Shown: one piece after another, positions 53,189 to 64,000 of the stretch | Position numbering within the stretch: position 1 is the stretch's first letter | How the letters are laid out: every line of letters starts with the position of its first letter | Assembly: GCF_000485595.1 (NCBI RefSeq) | Contig: NW_014577064.1 | Span: 210,071 to 274,070, forward strand | Reading direction: 5' to 3' | DNA: 64,000 nucleotides | DNA from: Priapulus caudatus | Lineage: Eukaryota | Notes under the pieces: generated by a model | Databases searched by the model: none | The model's input: only the letters and a program-made list of their open reading frames with translations | What the model was told of the DNA's origin: nothing | Made by a program: the position numbers and the translations under genes

Positions 53189-53260
53189 GTGTGTTGTGTG
53201 TGTGTGTGTGTGTGTGTGTGCGTGCGTGCGTGTGTGTGTGTGTGTTGTGTGTGTGTGTGT

Positions 53261-53303
<43 letters not shown>

Positions 53304-53475
53304 TGTGTGTGTGTGTGTGCGTGTGTAAGTATATGTATACATATATACATAATTATATCGATTGTAAGAGCATGAGGGGAAGGCATGAGGACAAAAATCG
53401 GAGTGGGGATAACTACAAAATTATTACATATACTGCCAATGAGGCAAAGCGCTGAATGGCCGCATAGGGTACCAG

Positions 53476-54509
53476 GGGGCACGTTGTAAGAAAAAAATTA
53501 GTCTTAACATTAACCTTAACATTAACTTTTTCTCTTAAAGCGTTGCCAGAAACTTGCGTAAAGTTAAGAGAATTAAAAATTCTCGTACTTTTCTCTTAAC
53601 TTAAGAGATCCTAGACCTCCCTTAACTTTAATATTAAGTTGAAATAACACATTTACACTACGAATTACAATTATAGTGATATTATATTTTATAATAATGA
53701 TTAAAATGTGTTTTTTTCTTGAAAAACACGTCAAAATCATTAATTATCTACGCGCTAATAAAACAAAACAATACATTTACAAATGACGTATGGCATTTGT
53801 TCTCTTTGTTTTAAGGTTTGCAACGCTTGTCACGATTCTCGCGTCTCGCGTTACAGTGTGAGAATTTGTCTTGTTGTGCAGAATAAATTCATGACCACGT
53901 AATTTTTCATCAAATATTATTTATATGTGGTTAGCCATCATAATATGCATAAATTACTGTGATGTACAATAAATGTGTATGAATTTGAATTTTGTGATCG
54001 ATTCTCATCCAATCAGCAGCCTTGTGACATGAAATTATGAAGTTCATGTTATCGTAAGTTTTCACTTAAGTATGTTTAGTTTAAGTTGGTTTCTGGCAAC
54101 GCTATTAAAATTAGGAAGTGGCTATTCTTACGACGAGTCGTCAGAATTATTTTTGGACTATTCTTACGACATGCAACGCGCATGCGGCGATGCGTTGCGT
54201 ATTTCGTTATACACCATAGATTGTTTTTGTAAGATATATTACCTATATAAGAAATGGAGTCGGTTTATAGTTTGTGTTAGGGTTAGGGTTCGGATTCTTG
54301 TTAGGGTTAGGGTTAGGGTTAGGGTTAGGATTAGGGGTGGGTGGGGGGGGTGGGAGAACTATACTATTTAACTATTAATAGTATTATGCGCATGCGCGTT
54401 GCATGTCGTAAGAATAGTCCATAAATAGCCACGGCCTTAAAATTAACCTTACCATTAACATTAGACTTAAAATTAATCGTAACTTTACGAAGTTTCTGAC
54501 AACGGGCCC
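53476..54509. mobile_element. Harbinger-like non-autonomous element with a nested insertion
   Basis: ggggcacgttgtaagaaa / tttctgacaacgggccc with CAG/CTG flanks; ttaac-rich subterminal repeats. Confidence 0.6.
54114..54436. mobile_element. MULE/Mutator-like MITE with 9-bp TSD and internal (TTAGGG)n
   Basis: GG..CC termini; inverted repeats ggactattcttacgacatgcaacgcgcatgcg / cgcatgcgcgttgcatgtcgtaagaatagtcc; ttaaaatta at 54105-54113 and 54437-54445. Confidence 0.8.
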
Positions 54510-55090
54510 CTGGCCAGGCAGGTCTACAAAACTAGTAATTGCTATTGCCTGTCTCCGAGTAAAAGGCTCTTCGGATCGGAGAATTAGCTTCTCTAGAGGC
54601 AAGACATGCCGTGGTCGTTGCGTTGCACGAAACTGTCGCTGGAAATGCCAGCAAATAATGTCGCCAACAGCAGCTGCCGAAAACGGGATATTACCTTTCG
54701 CAATCATGTCATTAGCTGAAGAATTTCAGTGCCTGGCTATAAAAAGTGGACCTCGAACTTTGTTGAGCCGCTATCACCGGATTCGTGTTATTAACGACAA
54801 GCTCGAGCGGCAACAGCTGTGTACGCATGCGCCGAGCAGTCCTTATGTGCGAGTCGGGAAAAATTCCTCGAGTAATTCCTCCGTCGCCATCGGCGCTGAC
54901 GGCACCTCTGATGTCTTATGACGTCGGTGCATCGCGGAAATGCGCCGCATGCATTCTTGCCGTGTGTATTCTCTCGGAACGGAAATTACAGTCGTTTTTC
55001 TCCGTACCCCGCACGGTGATATTAAATGCTAGCGAAGAAAATGTCAGTTCCCTGCGGCGCCGGGAACGCTGTGCTTGCCGAGCGATCGCA

Positions 55091-55528
55091 GCGCTGTACT
55101 GTACAGTTGAGACGCTGGACCGAAACTGGACTCTTTTGCAAGGGCGCATGCGCAGATGCGCAGTAGTCATCTGCGCATCTCGCCCGGTCTCAATAAACAA
55201 ACATGGCGGGCAACCGGGTCGCTGATGGAAACATTTGATTGAAACAATTTGCAATATGTAGTAAGTTAGTAAGACTGTGTTATGTGTGTCAGGTTACAAG
55301 GCGAAACAAAAAGAAAACAAGAGAAAAACAAAAGAGCATGGCTACTATTTCCTACGGCCCTGCAAAATAAGATTCAAACAAAAAGGAAACAAGAGAAAAA
55401 CAAAAGAGCATTGCTACTATTTCCTACGGCCATGCAAAACAAGATTCGCCTGCTCGCATGCGCACTTAGGAGAGAGTCTAGTTTCGGTCCAGTTTCGTTC
55501 CAGCGTCCAAACTCTACGGTACAGCGCC
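55091..55528. mobile_element. Imperfect inverted-repeat element with an internal ~72-bp tandem duplication
   Basis: gcgctgtac..gacgctggaccgaaactggactct versus agagtctagtttcggtccag..gtacagcgc; duplication at ~55303-55447. Confidence 0.5.
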
Positions 55529-55953
55529 ACGCTACGGCAGACGCGCTGCAATCCTGCCGATTATTTCAAACTACGTGCAACAACCTACTTGGTGGCGGCG
55601 GCACATCGATGGAATTTTCTTGCTGCCTTGCAGTATGCGAGATCGACAGACGGGCGATGAGCATGCCATTATCTCTCAGGGAGAGACAGACGTTCCATTC
55701 ACAGCATTGGTTTCATCGTTTGCAATCAACTAATTGACCGACGATCGTTCGTTTCCACACACAAAAGAACGCCGGCGGTGCGAGTATTCGTTTCAAACCA
55801 TGATATAACATTAAAACGATCAACACAAATCAATATTAATTAAATAATAATGATTAAAAGCAAGCTTTCGCTTGAACCACTTGCCTAAATCCATAATCAG
55901 AAGTGCGGTCACATAAATTACTTGGTAATATTCTGGATCATATATTCATCATA

Positions 55954-56222
55954 AATGAAAGTTTTACGAATAAAATGTTTACTCTTAAGCGAAAAGTTTG
56001 GACTTCTGTAGGAGTAAACATGTTTTATTGACTCTTGTGAGAGATTGACGAAAATGTGTGGCTAGCGAAGGACATACTCGTATTTCATGTAAAAGTCGAC
56101 AATTTGAAGTTTAAGTTTAATACCAGAAATTTAAGTAAGAATAGTTAAAGTAGAGACGCAGCAGCAGCAGCAGCAGCAGTAGCAGCAGCAGCAACAGTAG
56201 CAGCAGCAGTAACTGCATCAGT

Positions 56223-56254
<32 letters not shown>

Positions 56255-56264
56255 CTGCAGCAGT

Positions 56265-56299
<35 letters not shown>

Positions 56300-58053
56300 C
56301 AGTAACTGCAGCAGTAGCAGTAGTAATTGTATACTAAAACAGAATAACTGTGAATCGATCATAGTAATGATAACCCGCTTTGATTGCAAGCTAGTCTAAG
56401 TAAATTGCGGGTTCACATTCACATTAATCTGCTTACACTGCTAATAAGGTAGTAGCCAGCGAGGCGCACCCGGCGGGTGACACAACTGAACAGGAGCCGC
56501 ACTAGCAACCATTCCAAATGAAGCTTTTATACGTAGCTTTACACGAATAATAACAACATCATCAACAACAACAACAACAACAACAACAACAGCAGCAGTA
56601 GCAACGACAACAACAATAATGCTAATTATGTTTATAATGATATAATCATAATATTATTATTATTATCATCGTCGTCGTCGTCATAATAATAATAATAATC
56701 ATCATCATCATTATCATCATCATTATTATTATTTCCAAAGTGGATCACGGCATTAGCCGGTGGCTTCTGGGTTGGCCGTGTCCCAACCTGGGACATAGGG
56801 ATTCAATCCAGAATTTTTCGCAGGATGTGTGCTGTTCCCAGTAGTGCGATTTTCTGCACTTCTTGGGCAGTGTGGTGGCCAGGGAGTTCCTTAAGGTTCT
56901 TCTCAAAGCCATTATTTATAGAGCCAGGGGCTCCAACCACCACTGGCACAATTCTTATCTTTGTATTCCACATTCTTCTAATTTCGATCTCCAGATCTTT
57001 GTACTTGGTGAGTTTGTCTCTTTCCTTCACCATGATGTTAGTATCATCTGGTACGGCTACGTCAATCAACAGGCATCGTTTTTCTTTCTTGTTGTGGAGC
57101 ACTATATCAGGGCGGTTTGCAGGTATCGTGCGATCTGTCTGCACTACCATATTCTACATGATGGTAGTATCTCCGATGTTGGTAACTGGTCTCGGAGTAT
57201 GTTCATACAACTTGTCAGGTACTTGCTTATACCAAATTCACTGCAGATTGACCAGTGCAGATAACTGGCTACCTTGTTATGGCGGTTTATGTACTCGGTT
57301 AGGGCCAGTACTGTGCATCCGGCGATGATATGGCTGATGGTCTCCTCTGCCTTGCTGCACATTCTGCACTTGCTGTTGACATGTTGCTTGAGGATGTTGC
57401 GCTAATGGTATCTGGTGTTGAGTGCTTTGTCTTGGGCTGCAATGATCAGGCTTTCTTTCTTTCACGTCTCCCCCTTGAGCCCGGAACTACTCAGCCAGGC
57501 AACGCTTGCAATCTTGTCGACAAATGGCCTGTCGATGCTCTTGTAGAATCTTCCATGCAAAGGCTTGTTCTTCAATACCTCGATCTTCTCTGCTTCTATA
57601 TTTGTCTTCAGTCTCAGCTTTGTTGAGGATTGGCTGGTGGGCTGAGGAGATAAGTATTTGGCTTTGATTTCTTTAGCCTCACGTAAGAGAGCGTACTTTG
57701 ATTTTCCAGACTGATGGATATTGACAAGCTTTGTAAATTTGTCTATGTCGTCGCCTAGACCTACAATGGCAGTGTTGTACGCAGACATCAGTTCAATGAG
57801 ACCACGACCACCATTTTGCCTCTTGATGTACAGTCGCTCCCATCCATGTATGGAGCCCGTACATGGTTAGTAGCTTTCTTGTCTTGCGATCCATCCTTTC
57901 GATATCTGATCACAACCAGTTGATCACCCCGAAGCTGTACACGGGGACCGGGAGTGCCAGGCTATTGATCGCGGTTATCTTGTTTTTTTGAGCAGAGCTC
58001 ATGCAGACTTAAAAACTAGGCGGACACGGCGATAGTACTCCTTAGCAATGTTA

Positions 58054-58087
<34 letters not shown>

Positions 58088-58099
58088 GTTATTATTATG

Positions 58100-58140
<41 letters not shown>

Positions 58141-59182
58141 GAAGCTGTAAAGGAGTGCGACAATTGTGAGTCACAACGAACTTCATAAATCCATTTATTC
58201 TATTGATAACAAATACACTGGCATGTGAATAGCGTGACTGAGCTTTGTGTGTTTTATAAGGCAACGATAATTTATACGACACAGTATTTCGCGAGGTAGA
58301 TGCATTGAGCGCGAAATGCGTTTAAGTCGATTAACTTAAAAATTAATGATAAGGTGCCGTCATTCAGAAGCGTTGACGTGGCAGAATAGGGAGCAAATCA
58401 ACATTATTTTCTTCGACGAATAATCCGCCTTCGCAGGGAAGACGAACTCCGTATACATTCACTTGCTCGCTCAAGACCGCCCATCCATCCACCCGCCCGC
58501 CCGACGGTCCGCCCACCCACCTCGCCGCCGACTTGACTGACCGCCCACCCGACCGCCCAACCGCCCGCCCACCCACTAGCTCGCTAGCTCGCTCGCTCAC
58601 TCACTCACCCACACAGTCACTCACTCATTTACTCACACACGCCATCACTCGCTCACTCACTCACGCACGCACTCACTCACTCACTCACGCACGCACTCAC
58701 TCACTCACTCACTCACTCACTCACTCACTCACTCACTCGCAGTCTCGGTTTGAACAACGTTTTTGATCGACATCGAATCCGTCGACATCGTTTCTTACGT
58801 TCGTTGCTTCGGCTTCTGTTGCGTACCAACGTACTGTGACACCTACTCACCGGAGACATATCACCTGCAGGATTCAAGCGAATCCTAGGTATGCTAGATG
58901 AATCACCTCCGAACTGCACAACGTCTGTTCGGTCAACGGGCCAATAATCTACACACAATGGTGAAGTGCGCCAGAGTAAGAAACTACATGATATCAACAG
59001 AAAGGGGACGTATAGGCGGTTACAGTGCTCTTGATGATATTAACACGCAACCTCGCGCCTGATTTAACCTTTTACTCGACTCCACCCACGCTGCCTTCAT
59101 TTGAAAAGCAAACACACAAACCATCTCTCTCTATCTCTCTCGAATTCTCTCCCCCACCCCTCTCTCTCTCTCTCTCTCTCTC
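55954..59182 (+). repeat. Copy 2 of a ~3.2-kb duplicated segment
   Basis: Colinear with 49772-53010; ends at an N-gap. Confidence 0.9.
56733..58052 (-). mobile_element. 5'-truncated R4/Dong-like non-LTR retrotransposon (zinc knuckle plus REL endonuclease)
   Basis: KEYYRRVRLV..KNKITAINSLA..YSFGVINW; CSKAEETISHIIAGC..YINRHNKVA; TDRTIPANRPDIVL..LIDVAVPDD..KYKDL..IVPVVVGA..QKIALLGTAHILRK. Frameshifted; both ends abut (TAA)n. Confidence 0.9.
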
Positions 59183-59192
59183 NNNNNNNNNN

Positions 59193-59314
59193 CACCGCAC
59201 GGTGGGTGAGTGAGTGTACACACACACCGCACGGTGGGTGAGTGAGTGTACACACACACCGCACGGTGGGTGAGTGAGTGTACACACACACCGCACGGTG
59301 GGTGAGTGAGTGTA
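59193..59314. repeat. 32-bp minisatellite, ~4 copies
   Basis: Unit caccgcacggtgggtgagtgagtgtacacaca. Confidence 0.9.
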
Positions 59315-60244
59315 CGGAATTAGAACGTAATTAATTTGAACAATCATGCGCTTCTACTAGTCGTCCGAAGTGTCGTATTAATTTCACGGGGAATGAAATT
59401 CTTCGCAGCTATATCACGTCCTGGTTGCTGCTAAAATAAATTTACATAATCGACTGGTAAACGTACGGCCCGTTAAACAGCTAAAGAAATATTATGTCGC
59501 ACGTAAAAAGGAGAAACTCGAAACTGCGGTTGTTTGTTTGACATGCAGTCATTAATCAGTGACTTTGTATTTTGCGCAGATTCCATTAACGTCATTATAA
59601 TGTCACGTAAATAAATATACAGGTTGTCTTTTGTTTGATACATGTTAAAATAATTTCGATTAGCAAATAACGCGAATGATGTCGAACCTATCAACTAAAG
59701 GAATTGTTTTAAATTCATTCATACTATAATTAATGCAAAGTAAACGCGGCCTCACGTTCCTGTTTACGTACGGAAGAATAAATTAATAATTTCCAACCAC
59801 GTAGTAAGAGAACTCTCTTCGCATTGCAGTGTTAAATCAGAATTCGAACGCGGCAGTGAAACGGATAATGATCACGTGAGATATAACGACGGTACTTTCG
59901 TGACACTCCGATGACAATTATGAATCACCGCGACATTTATGACCGTGATCTACTAACAGTGATCGATGCGTCACGGCCCCGTACGTGTTTGTGTCACGAC
60001 GAACTTTTGCCTCAAAACAGTTTGAAAACAAACGGTCAATGACCGGCGTATCATGCTAGTTATCATATAACGTAATTAGCTCTTGGTAAGATGCGTACAT
60101 GCTTAACATGCGTAGTAACATAAGCTATAGATAATAACGTATTGAGATCTCTAGGGTGCAGATGTTGCAGACTTCGCCTGCCTAACACCTGCAGGCGTCT
60201 TTCGCTACCTAAGCAGATAATCTAGATTGCATGCTCACGACATA

Positions 60245-60254
<10 letters not shown>

Positions 60255-60307
<53 letters not shown>

Positions 60308-60467
60308 GAGACGAACGCGTTGAGGAAGAGGAAGAATTAGTGATAGGGTGGACAAAAAGAGATGGAGTCAAAGGGGATAGGTGGAGCAATCGGGCGAGCG
60401 AGCCAGCGTGATAGAGAGAGAGAAAGAAGGAGTGAGTGAGAGAGCGAGAGAGAGAAAGTGAGTGAGT

Positions 60468-60506
<39 letters not shown>

Positions 60507-60542
60507 GGGGAGAGAGAGGGGGGGAGGGAGAGAGAGGGAGAG

Positions 60543-60579
<37 letters not shown>

Positions 60580-61212
60580 NNNNNNNNNNNNNNNNNNNNN
60601 NNNNNNNNNNNNNNNNNNNNNNNNNNNNNNNNNNNNNNNNNNNNNNNNNNNNNNNNNNNNNNNNNNNNNNNNNNNNNNNNNNNNNNNNNNNNNNNNNNNN
60701 NNNNNNNNNNNNNNNNNNNNNNNNNNNNNNNNNNNNNNNNNNNNNNNNNNNNNNNNNNNNNNNNNNNNNNNNNNNNNNNNNNNNNNNNNNNNNNNNNNNN
60801 NNNNNNNNNNNNNNNNNNNNNNNNNNNNNNNNNNNNNNNNNNNNNNNNNNNNNNNNNNNNNNNNNNNNNNNNNNNNNNNNNNNNNNNNNNNNNNNNNNNN
60901 NNNNNNNNNNNNNNNNNNNNNNNNNNNNNNNNNNNNNNNNNNNNNNNNNNNNNNNNNNNNNNNNNNNNNNNNNNNNNNNNNNNNNNNNNNNNNNNNNNNN
61001 NNNNNNNNNNNNNNNNNNNNNNNNNNNNNNNNNNNNNNNNNNNNNNNNNNNNNNNNNNNNNNNNNNNNNNNNNNNNNNNNNNNNNNNNNNNNNNNNNNNN
61101 NNNNNNNNNNNNNNNNNNNNNNNNNNNNNNNNNNNNNNNNNNNNNNNNNNNNNNNNNNNNNNNNNNNNNNNNNNNNNNNNNNNNNNNNNNNNNNNNNNAG
61201 AGAGAGAGAGAG

Positions 61213-61266
<54 letters not shown>
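60255..61266. repeat. (GA)n microsatellite region spanning an assembly gap
   Basis: Directly visible. Confidence 0.9.
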
Positions 61267-61270
<4 letters not shown>

Positions 61271-62687
61271 CACTACGCATATAAAACACGAAGGGACTTT
61301 TCAGCAGCGTGCGTGCGATACACAAAATAAATGCGGGAAACATTATATCATTTTGATAACTAAAATTTCATGGCTCGGGAAAAAAACAGGACACGTGAGA
61401 GAACGGGGGTAATTGGTGATTTTTTTAGGCTGCAGATATACGCGCTCGCTCGCACCCACGCGCACACAGTATTAACTAAAACCGATGATACCTGAGGTGT
61501 ATTGCAGGTACGCCATAGCCATAATAATATTTATTATTAACCTCATTTATTTTTTCTCTGCAGTGTTGAATTTTGTAACCGGTCGCATGAAACCCTACAT
61601 ATATCATAAAAAGCCGAAGCGCTGCGAACCTTTTCTCATTTAGTAATCGTGATTGCCTTAATTTATCAGGGTATATGTAATGGGCGTGCATATGTACAAT
61701 GACATGCATCGTTAGACAGTTGGCTCATAGGCACTTCGCATTAGATCACAAAATCTAAACAAAAATCTAAAAGAATAACGGCAGACAGACACATGATTCC
61801 CGGTTGAACGCGAACCTTTGAAGTTCTTAACGAGAATGAGAACATGCCTGCTAGCTTTGTGTTCAACTCGTTAGTACGAACTTACTAATATCCCTGCAAT
61901 TAGTTCTATCGAAAAGGGTTCAACATGTAGTGAACAGTGTGCGTAATATAACGAGGCAGATTCTCCTTTGTCAGTGCTTTAGCCGTTCTTGTTGGTCTTA
62001 ACTGGCTTCAAAGTTGTTGTGTCACTAATCGCCTTGGGATGGCGATATTCTAACACCTACACTGCGCCTCAAGAAGTTTTCACGCAATCAGCTGGCGCTC
62101 TATGTGCCGCTCTAAGAGAAAAACCGGGCAGTTAGCGGTTATATAGACACAGTGAGTTCGTGCGTGCGTTCGTGCGCTCGTGAGTGCCTTCGTACGTGCG
62201 TGCGTGCATGCGTGCGTACATGTGCGTGCGTGCGTGCATGTGCGTGCGTGCGTGCGTGCGTGCATGTGCGTGCGTGCATGCGTGCGTGTGGTGCTATGCG
62301 CGTAGATTTATTTATCACAGACTCCCAACATCAGTTTTTCCCGCCGCGCAGATGAAGCTGCACGCGAAGCCTCTTAAACGGCCACGGCGTTATTACAACA
62401 GTTCATAGTATGATTATGCTAATTAATATCCTTATTATAATTATATTAGGTGTGTGCGTGTGTGCGTCACTCTCTCTCTCACACACGCACACACGCGCGC
62501 GCACACACGTACACACACATACACACACGCACACACGCACACACACACACGCACACACACACGCACACACACTCACACACACATGCACACACACATGCAC
62601 ACAAACGCACACACACACATGCACGCACGCCCGCACACACACATGCACGCACGCACGCACGCACACACGCACACACGCACACACACA

Positions 62688-62719
<32 letters not shown>

Positions 62720-63338
62720 CACACACACNNNNNNNNNNNNNNNNNNNNNNNNNNNNNNNNNNNNNNNNNNNNNNNNNNNNNNNNNNNNNNNNNNNNNNNN
62801 NNNNNNNNNNNNNNNNNNNNNNNNNNNNNNNNNNNNNNNNNNNNNNNCGCACACACAAACACACACACACACACACACATACCCCCCCCCACACACACAC
62901 ACATACCCCGCACACACAAACAATAACACACGCACACAAACAAACACTGACACACGCAGACTATCTGCATAAAGAGCAATCTATACACCGCTGCTACGAA
63001 ATGTAGTGATTGGGTGTGTGGCATTTCAAGGAATGGTGTATTTACTTTGTCATTTATCTGACACTTATGGCCCCTTGAGGCAAGGAATAATGATTACAAT
63101 GACGGCACACATGCTTAGGGTGGCGTTGAAACAACTTAAAGTGATTACGTCAGCATAAACAGCACCAGCAAATAACAAATCTATGTGTTATTTGCACAAA
63201 ATAAAGTTTATGAAAATAGTTCTGTTCACGTTTAATGCTTAGATACCTTCTTTATACTCCTTAATTTGCCGGTCCATTCGATGTAAACAAACGCTCGACC
63301 CGAACACAACCGCCATTATTTCGAAATCTGAACTGTTA

Positions 63339-63863
63339 AGCCTGGCGCACGCGTGAGTAATTTGACTCAGTCAAATGATGCATGCGTCAAAAAACTCACG
63401 TGTGCGCCGGATTTTATTTGAGTTTTTGACGCATGCATCAAGAAACTCAACGTGTGCGTGCTACCTGCGTAAATTTACTCAACACTGGTACTCACAGCGC
63501 ATGCGTTTAAATCCCTTTAAAGATGGCTGCGCCCAGTATAGTCTCGGATGTTTTATCGGAAGACAAATTAGTGGATTTTTGGCCCAATTATGAATGCTTA
63601 TACGTCGTTAGTAGGTCAGATTTTAAAGATAGTGAGAAAAGGGAGCAAGCAAACCACAGTAAAAGAAACAATAAAATTTCTTCATTATCGAAGGCAGGCG
63701 AAGTATCGGTATCCGCCATTTGTACAGTCACGTGATATAAATTAACACTTATACCTTGAATAATTTTACTCACGTGTGCGGCGGACGCTGAAAATATTTC
63801 ACGTGAGTTTTTTGACGCATGCATCATTTGACTGAGTCAAATTACTCACGTGTGAGCCGGGAT
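63339..63863. mobile_element. PIF/Harbinger internal-deletion derivative retaining a MADF/Myb-SANT fragment
   Basis: TTA TSD on both sides; ~65-bp TIRs (gtgagtaatttgactcagtcaaatgatgcatgcgtcaaaaaactcacgtg and its complement); ORF from 63523 EDKLVDFWPNYECLYVVSRSDFKDSEKREQA resembles a MADF N-terminus. Confidence 0.85.
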
Positions 63864-64000
63864 TTAATTAATTCACAAACAGAAACTGTTTGTGCACCAC
63901 TTTGTGCACGATACACAAATCACGATAACATAGACCACATTAACAGAGACGCCATGAAATAGTATCATGATAGTAATTCAAATCGTGTAAATTGTTTATA

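Noticed and set aside
58725..58997. Minus-strand ORF containing a GTGAGT donor
   Set aside because: No recognisable product and no compatible neighbouring exons found.
59193..59314. 32-bp repeats of CRISPR-like length
   Set aside because: Head-to-tail with no spacers, no cas genes, eukaryotic context.
60222..63024. Long ORFs spanning N-gaps
   Set aside because: Artefacts of gaps plus GA/CA microsatellites.

Overview
Repeat-rich animal genomic DNA, probably a lophotrochozoan invertebrate (inferred from the TTAGGG tracts and TE content; not provable here). It has N-gaps and signs of noisy gap-filling. Genes: (1) a Kruppel-like factor of the KLF1/2/4 group on + (main exon ~8133-9335, three C2H2 fingers); (2) a manually reconstructed 13-exon, ~465-aa type II membrane/coiled-coil gene on - (34106 to 19799) resembling EFCAB14/KIAA0494; (3) a possible signal-peptide first exon on + (38990-39078). 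The rest is microsatellites, satellites and many non-autonomous DNA transposons (Harbinger-, hAT-, pogo-, MULE-, P-, Academ- and Helentron-like). There is also a Vingi/Ingi-like LINE 3' end and two copies of an R4/Dong-like REL retrotransposon fragment. Most notable: a palindrome carrying two minimal hammerhead-ribozyme motifs, a three-level nested TE insertion, a TE that duplicated a splice donor, and ultra-short TIR-only elements with clean TSDs. No CRISPR, rRNA or tRNA genes were seen. Most ORFs in the supplied track are microsatellite translations.
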